Source of the DNA: a virus | Taxonomy: Duplodnaviria > Caudoviricetes | Virus record (IMG/VR): IMGVR_UViG_3300031953_000007 | Location: 1-62,289 of that record | Direction: 5' to 3' (one strand) | DNA: 62,289 bases | In this document: positions 18,864-27,792 of the stretch, one piece after another | Layout of the letters: every line of letters begins with the position of its first letter | How positions within the stretch are numbered: position 1 is the first letter of the stretch | The notes under the pieces: model-generated | The model's database searches: none | Seen by the model: the letters and a program-made list of their open reading frames with translations, nothing else | What the model was told of the DNA's origin: nothing | Program-made: the position numbers and the translations under genes

Positions 18864-21181
18864 ATTTTGTCTACCTCTTTGAGTGCGCCGGCTAGCCAAA
18901 TAGGGTCTGCTTTCCAAGCGACGTCGATACCACGCACGTTGCGGTTGTCTTTCCATACTTGAGTCAGGTGAACTCTGTGGTGTTTGAGCAACGCTGTGAA
19001 CTTATGCGGGCTTTGCGGCATGTTGCCTATGCACCAGTCCAGAAGAACAAACAGGTCGTCTCGAGTCAGCACAGCGGGCTGATCTTCTATGATCTCTTTC
19101 ATCAAGACTTTGAAGCCCTCGACTTTCATGGTCGACAGGGCGTTCATTTCTTTGTTGTTCGTTGGCAAGTGGTCCCACAAGAACTGCATGTCGCCGGCGT
19201 ACAACGCGTCAACGACTGTGTCGATGGCTGTGCGGTTGATGTCGATGAGCATTTTGCGCGCGTCGCTGATTAGCGGCTTGCGTGCTTTATCTGGGTTAGC
19301 TTTAAAATTCATTAGCCAGCGGTAAAATGTAGCGAGCTCCCGCGGAATCTTGTCGTCTACTTCTGTGGCTGTCAGGCTGATCGGGTCGTTCTGATACGGA
19401 GCGACGTTAAAACGTCTGTCGTCCGGAGCTACTTCCACTGGACCCGGTTTGTTCGAAGCAAAGATCATACTGGAGAAGTTTTCAGCCATGTACGGCGGAG
19501 AGTACATTTTGCGTATGGAAATCGTCGGCTCGACGATCAGGTTTTTTAGCTTCGCCGTGATCTTGTTGTGGTACAGACTTTTGCCAGCTTCGATCTCGTC
19601 TATAAACACCAAGAATTTGTTTTCCATGAATCCTGTGAACTCACTGTCTAGCTCGTCCATGCGCTTAGACACGACGTTAGGCTCGTTGAGCAAGGGCGTC
19701 AGTATGTTGTGGAACAGAACCCCCTTGCCTGTACCTTGGGTGCCTTGCCATACCCATGCAGTCCCTGTGCGGGTCTTGAACTGCACAATAACGGCAAGCC
19801 AGTTTAGGAAATGGTCAATGGTTCTCTGATCGTGGCCCATAACATGCTCGATGACGTACTTGATTGTCGACGGTATGTTCTTGGGCTTGGCGGGCGCCAG
19901 TGCTTCAAACTCACTGGGCGCGTACATGTTCAGCTCGTGCTTGTCAGCGTCTACGACTTTGGCAGAGTGTGGGTTCCAGATTAGGTCCCAGTCAGGTACA
20001 CACTCGCCGAGAGGCTGGCCGTGCTGCTTCATAAAGTGCCTGAGCTGGGACTCGGACTTGGCCATGGCCAGAACTAATTTCTCAGTGCCTGTGTCGTAAG
20101 TCCCGTTGTAATAGTTGCTCGAACGAAAATCTCTGAAGGCCAGATAAATCAGGCCTTTTGAATTTGGGGCGTAGTTTGCTGTCTGCTGCTTGAGCTGAGC
20201 CCAGTAGTCGGGTAACAGCTCTTCGGTACGGTAGACAGGTTCGCCTTTGAAGTTGTACACATAGTCGGGGTTATTCTCCGGATGGTAGTAAGCCCATGAA
20301 TCTCCTCCGTTAAGGTTGAAGTACACAAATCCGCGCTCTACCCTGACATCGGTCACGGTCGAGGCATCTGGATTGGCCATGTATTCCACAGTTCCGGCAA
20401 ATTTGTACTTCGTGACTTTGCGCTTGGGCATGCCCGTCGCTACTCGGATCTCGTTTACCCGGGCGTCGATCCGTTGTCGCAAAGCGTCGCGCGTCGGGAT
20501 TGGATAGGGCACTTTGAGCCTGCGGCTCTTCTTTTTTACAAACTGGATCCGCTGGTTTCCGGGGAACGGGTCGGTAATTCCTTTCCCGATTTGAGGCGGT
20601 GCGATATACAACAGCTTGTCGTTTTGACATGTGGTAATGTCCAGCGGGAATTTAAGGGCGTTCCCTGTTTTGGTTAGCTCAAGCTGGTTGCTCATGGCGA
20701 CGATTGAAAGATTGAGGTCCATGAGCCAGTGTTTCAGCAACTGTGGATGCTGGGGCTGGGCTAGAAGCATGAATATGTGGCAGCGAAACCCAGCGTTGGC
20801 TTCTATGCCCATGCTAGAAGACCACTGCAGAATGTAGTCCACTTCTTGGCAGCCGATGGCAGTGAGGAATAAGTCGACGGTCTGGAAGTTGTCTACGCCG
20901 TCGAGATCCAGACAGATCCAGTCGGTTTTTTCGTCTGGGTTTGTGGAGCCGGCGCGGGATTCTTTGACAAGGGGCCTAGCAATATTGCCCTTGAGCATGC
21001 AGTTACCAAGCGCTGCATGCTTTTTCATGGCGACTTCAAGGTGGGCTAAATCGGACACAGTTTCGACGTGGCTAGAAACTTCGTAAACGAACGGGTAGCT
21101 GTGCTTTTCTAGGTCTCCATTGCTGTCTAATTCGTATCTTTTTACTATGGCTTTTTCTGCAGACAGAAATACATAGTCCAT
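18860..21181 (-). CDS. Primase-helicase (AEP/PrimPol-like N-terminus, SF3/D5-like helicase)
   Basis: CLDLDG, SSS, CHIF; Walker A GTQGTGKG, FIDE, FASN, DRRF. Confidence 0.85.
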   Translation of the reverse strand: MDYVFLSAEKAIVKRYELDSNGDLEKHSYPFVYEVSSHVETVSDLAHLEVAMKKHAALGNCMLKGNIARPLVKESRAGSTNPDEKTDWICLDLDGVDNFQTVDLFLTAIGCQEVDYILQWSSSMGIEANAGFRCHIFMLLAQPQHPQLLKHWLMDLNLSIVAMSNQLELTKTGNALKFPLDITTCQNDKLLYIAPPQIGKGITDPFPGNQRIQFVKKKSRRLKVPYPIPTRDALRQRIDARVNEIRVATGMPKRKVTKYKFAGTVEYMANPDASTVTDVRVERGFVYFNLNGGDSWAYYHPENNPDYVYNFKGEPVYRTEELLPDYWAQLKQQTANYAPNSKGLIYLAFRDFRSSNYYNGTYDTGTEKLVLAMAKSESQLRHFMKQHGQPLGECVPDWDLIWNPHSAKVVDADKHELNMYAPSEFEALAPAKPKNIPSTIKYVIEHVMGHDQRTIDHFLNWLAVIVQFKTRTGTAWVWQGTQGTGKGVLFHNILTPLLNEPNVVSKRMDELDSEFTGFMENKFLVFIDEIEAGKSLYHNKITAKLKNLIVEPTISIRKMYSPPYMAENFSSMIFASNKPGPVEVAPDDRRFNVAPYQNDPISLTATEVDDKIPRELATFYRWLMNFKANPDKARKPLISDARKMLIDINRTAIDTVVDALYAGDMQFLWDHLPTNNKEMNALSTMKVEGFKVLMKEIIEDQPAVLTRDDLFVLLDWCIGNMPQSPHKFTALLKHHRVHLTQVWKDNRNVRGIDVAWKADPIWLAGALKEVDKI

Positions 21182-21236
21182 ACAATGAACCCCCTAGAAA
21201 ATTTTTACCGCGGTCGATAAGCTTACGCTTGTGATA

Positions 21237-21434
21237 TCAGCTGTGCCAGATAATTATGCGCTCTGCCTCAGTCGGCATGGCTCTGGCGATTCGGCTGAGA
21301 GTAGACAGCGTAGGGTTGTGCTCTCCACGTTCGATCTTAGATAGGGCCGATACGGGGATTCCCGTTGCGTCGCTAAGATCTTGAAGCGTAAGGCTAAGAG
21401 CTTCTCGAGCGCTTTTTATTCTGAGGTGGTACAT
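21237..21434 (-). CDS. XRE-family HTH regulator
   Basis: IKSARE...LTLQDLS..TGI...LSKIERG..NPTL.TL.RIA. Confidence 0.85.
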   Translation of the reverse strand: MYHLRIKSAREALSLTLQDLSDATGIPVSALSKIERGEHNPTLSTLSRIARAMPTEAERIIIWHS

Positions 21435-21436
21435 TG

Positions 21437-21580
21437 CTAATCTCCGGAGGAAATTTGTTTTTTGCGGATAGCGAGTTCTTCAGGGGTTTTGTGTTTGAAC
21501 AGCATAGTGTTATGGCCTTTCAAATACATGGCCGTGTCACAAGCCCAAACTACAGATACGAAAATCCAAAAACCTAACAT
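21437..21580 (-). CDS. Small hypothetical protein (47 aa, not in track)
   Basis: MLGFWIFVSVVW... after AGGAGG, fills the operon gap. Confidence 0.45.
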   Translation of the reverse strand: MLGFWIFVSVVWACDTAMYLKGHNTMLFKHKTPEELAIRKKQISSGD

Positions 21581-21969
21581 AAGGTCCCTCCTAGTTTTTT
21601 TACTAGTTTACGAACTAGTTTATTGGCTCCCCCTTCTCTTAACGATACTACTTGGCTGTACAGGTTTTGGGGGAGCGCTGGATGAGTAAACTCGCTTCTA
21701 TTTAAAGCGATTGGGTATTCTCTCTCTATTACCCCATAAAAAAGAGCGCAAGGGGTACTAAAACCCGGGCTGGTGCCATGTAGAAGCGCTTCGTTGGTAT
21801 GGTCTTCTGGTGGTTTCTGCTTTTTGAGGCAGTTCTCTGACCATACGTTTCTGTTTTCTCTGCCTTTAGAAGCTATCCCTACCAGTACTCGATACCTGCA
21901 CCCTGCGCAGGTAAAATTCTCGCCTTTGAGGCGGCGAGGTATAAGTTCTTGCGCAGTCTGCATTTCCAT
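21574..21969 (-). CDS. Cys4 putative Zn-binding protein, paralogue 1
   Basis: RRLKGENFTCAGCRYRV...WSENC...PC.LF.G. Confidence 0.65.
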   Translation of the reverse strand: MEMQTAQELIPRRLKGENFTCAGCRYRVLVGIASKGRENRNVWSENCLKKQKPPEDHTNEALLHGTSPGFSTPCALFYGVIEREYPIALNRSEFTHPALPQNLYSQVVSLREGGANKLVRKLVKKLGGTLC

Positions 21970-21974
21970 TTTCG

Positions 21975-22406
21975 CTATTCCTCGTCGTAAGAAACAATTC
22001 CTACTACTGTCGCTTTTTGTGTTGGGACCAGCCTACGCAACATTTTCCGAGTGCCTTTTTCGTCCAGCCCAACCAGCTCTAAGCTCATGGTTTTAGCAGG
22101 GATTGCAGTATGACTAATTTTTATACTGCAGTGTTCTTCTGATTCTGGCGAACCATAAAAAAGTCTGCATGGCGTTTCAAAATCAATGCTAGGTTCTGAT
22201 AACGTACCTATTTTAGAATGATCAGCAGGCAGTTTCCGTCCTTTTAAGCAATTTTCTGTCCACACTGAGTCTTCTTTTGAGTCTTCTTTTGAGTCTTCTT
22301 CCGACGAAATTAAGCCTAAAAGCACCCTGTACCGGCATCCTGAGCAAGTAAAAGTCTCGCCTTTAAGGCGCGCCGCTGTAAGTTGCTGAGCAGTTCGCAT
22401 TTTCAT
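21975..22406 (-). CDS. Cys4 putative Zn-binding protein, paralogue 2
   Basis: ARLKGETFTCSGCRYRV...WTENC...PC.LF.G; repeated EDSK insert. Confidence 0.65.
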   Translation of the reverse strand: MKMRTAQQLTAARLKGETFTCSGCRYRVLLGLISSEEDSKEDSKEDSVWTENCLKGRKLPADHSKIGTLSEPSIDFETPCRLFYGSPESEEHCSIKISHTAIPAKTMSLELVGLDEKGTRKMLRRLVPTQKATVVGIVSYDEE

Positions 22407-22409
22407 GGC

Positions 22410-22769
22410 TTACGTCCCTGAAGTAAAAGGTGACTCGGTTTTTGTTTTCTTTTCTGGCTGGTGCCATGTGTCTGTGGTTTTGGGCTCTAGTGCGAGCTGC
22501 TGTACGCGTTCAAAGACATGGAATACCAAACTATCGTTTTCAATCAGCGCTGTGCCGACGTATTTCAGGTTTTCGGAGTTATTGATACGGTGCCCGGTAC
22601 CGTGCACTTGGAAAAAGCGCTTTTCTTTTGGAGCGTCTGGGTCTACAAGAGCCCAGATATACAGTTGGTTGTACTGGCTCTTAGCACTAAGCACCTTAGC
22701 GCCTTGAGGCATGTCGAAGGCTGCGTTTTGGGACAGTCTGTACTTCCAGATTTCTTTAGTATTCTCCAT
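22410..22769 (-). CDS. Conserved phage hypothetical protein
   Basis: IWKY.L...MP.GA.VL...WA.VD...GTGH...YVGT...VFHVFE. Confidence 0.65.
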   Translation of the reverse strand: MENTKEIWKYRLSQNAAFDMPQGAKVLSAKSQYNQLYIWALVDPDAPKEKRFFQVHGTGHRINNSENLKYVGTALIENDSLVFHVFERVQQLALEPKTTDTWHQPEKKTKTESPFTSGT

Positions 22770-23145
22770 CTTTGATCCCCTTGAGGCCTTTCATGTTTCG
22801 GGAAGCGGCAAACGGTAAAACAGCGTCGGTATAAGCTTCCCGAACATCGAGCGCATAAATTTGCCCTTGCTTGTTACTAGGGCGGTATATTCTGTAATCG
22901 TCTCCTCTGTCTACTGCTACTGAACGCCCTTTGAATAATGGGCAGATGTGCTTAAATACAGGCGACGTTGCACTTAGCGATTCAAAATCGTTGTGGCTTT
23001 GTGGAGGGTGTGTTTCTTTTACGCAATTCTCCGTCCATTCGGCTTCTTGCATTAAAAGCACCCGATACACACACCCTGCACAGGTCACGTTTTTGCCTTG
23101 CAGCTTGTCACTGGCAATCTGCGCGTAGCTTTTTAGCTTTTGCAT
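22756..23145 (-). CDS. Cys4 putative Zn-binding protein, paralogue 3
   Basis: DKLQGKNVTCAGCVYRV...WTENC...IC.LF.G. Confidence 0.65.
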   Translation of the reverse strand: MQKLKSYAQIASDKLQGKNVTCAGCVYRVLLMQEAEWTENCVKETHPPQSHNDFESLSATSPVFKHICPLFKGRSVAVDRGDDYRIYRPSNKQGQIYALDVREAYTDAVLPFAASRNMKGLKGIKDGEY

Positions 23146-23147
23146 GG

Positions 23148-23582
23148 TTATTTAGCAAGCTCCGCGGCGTACTCCAATAAGAACAGCTTAGGGGCAAGCC
23201 AGATCTGGAGAGGGATCATAAAATCCAATATGTATGCGAGGCTGACGATAGTTGCCCCAAATTGAACAACGCTTAGTACGAGGCAAACTTCGTGCAGGTC
23301 GCCTCGAATGTTTCTGATTAGCGTTTCAACAAAACGGGGGTGGTCTTTTGTGCTGTCGGGGGCAGGAGTTTTCTTCCAACCAAAGCGCCACGCTGCCCAG
23401 AAAGTCAGGACTAATAGGAAAAGGCCAAAGAGCCCGCTTACTATTCCTTCTACAACGCTCCACATCAGTAGTTGTTGGATGACGTCTGGAATCTGCTCGC
23501 TGCCGAAAGTCACGGTTTGGTCGATGCCGTTGTTGAGTTTGTCGAGGAACTCTTTTAATGCGTTTTCAGTTGCTGGGTTCAT
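23148..23582 (-). CDS. Membrane protein (2 TM)
   Basis: QIPDVIQQLL.W ... IWLAPK..LLEYA, common phage membrane family. Confidence 0.65.
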   Translation of the reverse strand: MNPATENALKEFLDKLNNGIDQTVTFGSEQIPDVIQQLLMWSVVEGIVSGLFGLFLLVLTFWAAWRFGWKKTPAPDSTKDHPRFVETLIRNIRGDLHEVCLVLSVVQFGATIVSLAYILDFMIPLQIWLAPKLFLLEYAAELAK

Positions 23583-24295
23583 GACGTCGTCTCCAGTAGT
23601 TCATTTGCTAGCGCGTAGAGCATGATCTCTGATGCGCGGTCGCTGTTTAGCCTCGCTACGTAGAATCCAATGCCAGCGGCTTCGATTGTTATTCTGCTTT
23701 CTGATTCGCGCGTAATTTTCCAGCCTTTGGGGATGGCGCTTTTGGCAGCTAGCTTTTGGTCGCACTGGACGCACGGGGCTACGTTATGGTGTCCGCATAA
23801 CATTTTTCTTTCCCCTGATGTGTGGCTAAGCGCGCTGTCTAGAGAGATTGCTTTACGCTCTGCATATCCAGCGGCGACTCGCAAAGTAGCGGCAGTATCT
23901 GATTTATAGCTCCCGCATTCATCGGAAAGCCTGATAATTCCTTTCGCTGTTTCCCTCACCGCATCAGCTTTCTGCCGCAATAACCATGCGGTAGACGAAT
24001 TTTTGCTAAGCGCGTTGCCCATACGGCACAACGAGGCGTAGTTTTCTTCTGTGTTGGCGTCTGCTTGGATGATGTCGACAGCGTCTTTTAAAGCTATTGT
24101 TAGCTCGTGCAGCTTGTAATTAACACCGAGCTGCATGCCGAACTCGTGCGGGTCATGGTCGATCTTCCAATCTGCGCACATCGATGTAAGCCATTCGTTA
24201 TGCTGGCTAACGGCTAAGTGCCACGGTGTCCAGTAGCCGTTGTCTGTCGGAACGGCTATATTTTGGTCGATGTTGTATCTAGGTAACTTGGGCAT
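23579..24295 (-). CDS. Hypothetical mosaic protein
   Basis: 238-aa ORF coupled to neighbours. Confidence 0.5.
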   Translation of the reverse strand: MPKLPRYNIDQNIAVPTDNGYWTPWHLAVSQHNEWLTSMCADWKIDHDPHEFGMQLGVNYKLHELTIALKDAVDIIQADANTEENYASLCRMGNALSKNSSTAWLLRQKADAVRETAKGIIRLSDECGSYKSDTAATLRVAAGYAERKAISLDSALSHTSGERKMLCGHHNVAPCVQCDQKLAAKSAIPKGWKITRESESRITIEAAGIGFYVARLNSDRASEIMLYALANELLETTS

Positions 24296-24495
24296 ATTTC
24301 TATTACTCCTCTCGGGAAATATTGCATGTCTGGCTCCTCGGAATACAGGAAGCAGAACTTAGGGCCGAAGAGCTCGAAGGCGATTTTTCTAGCGTCTTCG
24401 TAGCTTGAAGCCGGGAAGCTGGCTACTGAGTCTTTGTCGAATACCTGCTTACCGACTTCGTGTCTGTGCACTTGGCCGAACGTTACGTAGTACAT
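24256..24495 (-). CDS. Small conserved phage protein
   Basis: YVTFGQ.H...AR..AF..FG.K.CF.Y. Confidence 0.6.
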   Translation of the reverse strand: MYYVTFGQVHRHEVGKQVFDKDSVASFPASSYEDARKIAFELFGPKFCFLYSEEPDMQYFPRGVIEICPSYLDTTSTKI

Positions 24496-24659
24496 AACCG
24501 TTCCATTTTAAGGCTGCTGATTAGAAGATTTTGTTGAATCTGAGTGACTACGACGTAGATAAGTAGCGTTTGGATTACCTGTAGCTCAGTGCCGAAAAAC
24601 ACCATGAAGGCTAAAGATAAAAGAGAGATTGCTTGCAGGATAAGTACAAAGGTTTTCAT
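24483..24659 (-). CDS. Small membrane protein
   Basis: ATG 24659 (TAATG coupling), hydrophobic. Confidence 0.45.
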   Translation of the reverse strand: MKTFVLILQAISLLSLAFMVFFGTELQVIQTLLIYVVVTQIQQNLLISSLKMERLCTT

Positions 24660-24841
24660 TACACATACCCCGAGTATTTTCCTAGGTCCTGTTCGGCATA
24701 ACACCCGAAACAGACGAGTAATAGAAGCACTGCAGTTAGGACTGCATAGCCCCACCCTGCTTGAAAAGCGACAAGGGCTATAACGGATAAGAAGGCCAGT
24801 CGGCCAACCCAAAGAAAAATTTTTAATAGGCGGTTACTCAT
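24659..24841 (-). CDS. Small membrane protein (2 TM)
   Basis: ATG 24841 after AGGAG. Confidence 0.5.
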   Translation of the reverse strand: MSNRLLKIFLWVGRLAFLSVIALVAFQAGWGYAVLTAVLLLLVCFGCYAEQDLGKYSGYV

Positions 24842-24998
24842 CAGGGCATTCTCCTTTGTAAGGTGGCCAGCCGTACTCGCCTGAGGTTTCGTGGTGGATC
24901 TGTACCATTTCGCAGTACAGGTCGTGCTCAGAGGCTGGGTCCGGAGCAAGCGTGAGGCCAAGCACTACGAAACCTAGGACTGCGAGGATAAGTGGCAT
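24834..24998 (-). CDS. Small membrane-anchored protein (54 aa, not in track)
   Basis: MPLILAVLGFVVLG...YCEMV...GWPPYKGEC read manually. Confidence 0.55.
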   Translation of the reverse strand: MPLILAVLGFVVLGLTLAPDPASEHDLYCEMVQIHHETSGEYGWPPYKGECPDE

Positions 24999-25041
24999 AC
25001 TAAGCCCTCTATTTCTGTCGATTTGAGATCCGATGCGTAGA

Positions 25042-25230
25042 TTAGAACGGCTTGCCCAACAGCTCGGTAAACTGCTCTTGGGTGCCGCTGTTCAAAAAGT
25101 GGGCATGAGGACGTGTCTGTTTTTCGCTCGCAAGTTTGCGTACAGAAGTATTTTGGGGAGTTTTTGTTTTTGATGACAGCTGCCCAGTAGTTCCTTTGAG
25201 CTTAGCGACCGCTGCTTTTGTGGTGTTCAT
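25042..25230 (-). CDS. Small hypothetical protein
   Basis: ATG 25230 after GGAG. Confidence 0.4.
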   Translation of the reverse strand: MNTTKAAVAKLKGTTGQLSSKTKTPQNTSVRKLASEKQTRPHAHFLNSGTQEQFTELLGKPF

Positions 25231-25510
25231 ACAAGGCTCCAAGATCTGAGTCACTAAGTTCTGGGGAGTGGAAGAATGCGCGGGACTCTTTTCGCCCGTG
25301 CACCCATTTTTGCCTGCCGTTTATAAGACCCTCAAAATCTGAGCACAAAGTCTTGTCAGTTTTAAGTTCTAAGTGCTTTGCGCAGTAAGCGATCAGGCTT
25401 GGGCGCACTCCTTTCTCATGTTTTGAGATCGTTTGCGCATGATATTTACAGTCGCGGCAGTCGATTTTGGCGCCTTTTAGCTTCGCTACGAGGGCTTTTT
25501 CGAGGTTCAT
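25202..25510 (-). CDS. Cys4 putative Zn-binding protein, distant paralogue 4
   Basis: AKLKGAKIDCRDCKY...YC...CSDFEG; the ORF extension into the AT-rich repeats is considered spurious. Confidence 0.55.
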   Translation of the reverse strand: MNLEKALVAKLKGAKIDCRDCKYHAQTISKHEKGVRPSLIAYCAKHLELKTDKTLCSDFEGLINGRQKWVHGRKESRAFFHSPELSDSDLGALYEHHKSSGR

Positions 25511-25615
25511 AGGGCAAAAACCGTAGTTTGGAGGGCTATTTTGCTCTGTTTTAGGCCCTTTTTTAGGGGTAAAAACAGGATTCACTTTTTGAGCACCGAT
25601 ATCGGCATTTTCGAC

Positions 25616-25887
25616 TTGTCTTATAAGACAAACCCGATTTGGGGTCCAGTTTGCTAGGGTTGCTAGGATTGCTAGGAAATAACCCTTACTTTTCAGTCTT
25701 CTAGCAAACCTAACTACTATTACTATAAAAAAACTATTTTCTTTTTTTTTTTTTTTTGTTTTATAAGACAATAGGTTTAGCTTTATAGGACAACATTTTT
25801 TTTTATAAGTGGTAGAGTTTGCTTAAAATTTTGCTAGGGTTGCTAGAGTGTTGATTTGTAACGATTAATTCCTAGCAATCCTAGCAA
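25616..25887. repeat. Iteron-rich AT-rich element, copy A (putative replication origin)
   Basis: TTGCTAGG at 25651, 25660, 25669, 25831 (variant 25840); CCTAGCAA at 25871, 25880; palindrome TTGTCTTATAAGACAA 25616-25631; T16 tract. Confidence 0.75.
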
Positions 25888-26068
25888 CCTGAGAAAAAGG
25901 TGTTTAGAATCAAGTAGTAAGGTCGCTAGGAATATAGGAAGCTACATAAATTCGTCAGGTTCGGCGATGATCAGCACGTTGAGCATTGTTAGGGACGACA
26001 ACTTGCACATCGTCTGCGTAGTTTTTTGGGTGCGTTCATGTATACTCTCCTTCTGATATCACTTAGAG

Positions 26069-26299
26069 ATGTTTTTTATGCCTAGACCTAAGCCTGATGG
26101 ATGGAAGTTGCGATACGCAGACCCCCGTAGTCAAAAGCGGTTGCTAATCAGCTTGCCTCAGGGAATGTTTGACGATGCCCATGCCGTGTCCAAGGAACTT
26201 GGTATCTCTGCTGCTGAATTATTCAGAGTGGCTGTTACTAAGGAGATGGTTCGCCTTGCAGCTGAAAACTCTTTTCGGTTGGAAGGGACTGGGAGATAG
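26069..26299 (+). CDS. Ribbon-helix-helix (CopG/Arc-like) DNA-binding protein
   Basis: LLISLP...D....VSKELGISAAELFR.AV; TATACT upstream; only convincing plus-strand gene in the early arm. Confidence 0.7.
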   Translation: MFFMPRPKPDGWKLRYADPRSQKRLLISLPQGMFDDAHAVSKELGISAAELFRVAVTKEMVRLAAENSFRLEGTGR

Positions 26300-26328
26300 T
26301 GCCCATGCCCTCCTGGCTCTTGGCTGTT

Positions 26329-26360
26329 AAAACCCACCGTGGTGTGCCGCGGTGGGTTTT
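26329..26360. terminator. Bidirectional intrinsic terminator
   Basis: AAAACCCACCG...CGGTGGGTTTT. Confidence 0.8.
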
Positions 26361-26423
26361 GTTCTATGGCGCGCTCTAGCTTCTGGCTTGGCACGCACTT
26401 GGGTGGATGTCGGGGTGGCTCTG

Positions 26424-26440
26424 TTACATGGTGTTCTCCT
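26424..26440 (-). other. SD plus start-stop minigene (AGGAG-N6-ATG-TAA)
   Basis: Minus strand reads AAAGGAGAACACC ATG TAA. Confidence 0.55.
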
Positions 26441-26457
26441 TTGTTGCCTGATAGAAC

Positions 26458-26490
26458 AAAAATAGCCCCACCGGTATTAACCGGCAGGGC
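26458..26490 (-). terminator. Terminator-like hairpin after the 276-aa gene
   Basis: GCCCUGCCGGU-UAAU-ACCGGUGGGGC-UAUUUUU. Confidence 0.65.
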
Positions 26491-26496
26491 CTGAAG

Positions 26497-27327
26497 TTAC
26501 GCTACGTCTGCAAGGGTGCGAACATTGCGTCCGGCCTCCATTGCTTCTCCTATCTCGGCTCTGTGCTCTTTTTCAAGACGGTCTACGTTAGCAGACATTA
26601 ACTTTATACCCTCTTCGAACAGTGGGATGTTCCCCAACTCTGTTAGCTTGCGGCTTCTCAACGCCCGCTCAAGCGACTTGTTCTTCGCTTTGCCGAGGCC
26701 TTCAACGATCTTGACGGCCAGTTGGTGCTGGGAGATAACGTCTATCTCTTCGTCAGGGGTGTTTATGTACTCCACGTTTTTCTTCCGCTTCTCACCGAAA
26801 CCTTCGAACGTCTGAAGTATTTCGGGCTTTTGTTCTGTTAGCTGCTCACGTTCCTGACGCTCCTGCGCCTCTTGGAATGTTTTGATGGTGGCCAGATCAG
26901 TACCTGCGGCATCCGCTAACGCTTGTAAAAACGCCACGTCGGTCGGTGTCGCTTTCTGGATCATAAACTCTAGCATCTCTACCGGGGACATTGGCTCGTC
27001 CCACTTTGAGCTCGATAATGTTCTGATCTCAACCACTGCGTATTCGTAAAGCTTGTGGAACCGAGAGGCCTGAAGAATGGCTGACTCGCGGTCCTGCTGT
27101 AGGCCGTATGGTGCGGGCTTCTCATTGTCTTTCCACGCGTCCTGCTCGTTTCTCTGTTCCGTACTGATTGCCCCCTCTGGATTACGGACTAGGTATTGCG
27201 AATTGCGGATGTCCTGACGGATGGCTCCTATTGCCTTGGCCATCATTGAGTGGGCGATTGAGCGGTATGCAGCTACTTTCGCTACTGTGTCCATCTGTTC
27301 AATGTTATCTACGATGTTTGCGGTCAT
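26497..27327 (-). CDS. Hypothetical early protein
   Basis: 276-aa helical ORF, GGAG RBS. Confidence 0.65.
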   Translation of the reverse strand: MTANIVDNIEQMDTVAKVAAYRSIAHSMMAKAIGAIRQDIRNSQYLVRNPEGAISTEQRNEQDAWKDNEKPAPYGLQQDRESAILQASRFHKLYEYAVVEIRTLSSSKWDEPMSPVEMLEFMIQKATPTDVAFLQALADAAGTDLATIKTFQEAQERQEREQLTEQKPEILQTFEGFGEKRKKNVEYINTPDEEIDVISQHQLAVKIVEGLGKAKNKSLERALRSRKLTELGNIPLFEEGIKLMSANVDRLEKEHRAEIGEAMEAGRNVRTLADVA

Positions 27328-27494
27328 TAGTTGTATTGCTCCAGTATGTTGATTACTTCGTCTACGGTTAGCTCACCTGTCTCTAACTGTTCTTCGAGGG
27401 TGGTGAGTAAGTCCTCGAAGGATTCCGTCGTGCTGTCTGACTTATCACACAGCGCATCCAGAAAATCGTTATCTCCGATACTCAAATGTTGCAT
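27327..27494 (-). CDS. Small very acidic protein (55 aa, not in track)
   Basis: MQHLSIGDND...ILEQYN; AGGAG upstream; TAATG coupling downstream. Confidence 0.6.
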   Translation of the reverse strand: MQHLSIGDNDFLDALCDKSDSTTESFEDLLTTLEEQLETGELTVDEVINILEQYN

Positions 27495-27792
27495 CGGTCG
27501 CTCGCTCCTGTACTAACGCCAAGACTAATTCTATGATTTGCTCGGTGCCCTGACCGATTTTCTTAACGCGGGCTTCTGTTAGCAGACTCTTGAGCGTCTT
27601 CGACAGGTGGTGCAGCTCGTCCACACCGTCTATTTCATGGGTGTGAATTAACAGCATGGCGTTGCCGAACACGGTGAAGGCGGCAAGTTCCGCCTTCGTA
27701 ATGCCTTCACTGTCTTCGATGTCTACTCGTAGCATCGAAGACAGCTTGTGAGTGAGGTTTGCACGTTCTTCTACATCAGGTATGAGTTTCAT
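27469..27792 (-). CDS. Hypothetical early protein
   Basis: ATGA coupling, AGGAG RBS. Confidence 0.6.
   Translation of the reverse strand: MKLIPDVEERANLTHKLSSMLRVDIEDSEGITKAELAAFTVFGNAMLLIHTHEIDGVDELHHLSKTLKSLLTEARVKKIGQGTEQIIELVLALVQERATDATFEYRR

Noticed and set aside
25511-25771. N-terminal extension of the 189-aa ORF (MSYKTKKKKK...)
   Set aside because: Translates the poly-T and iteron DNA; the real start is more likely ATG 25510
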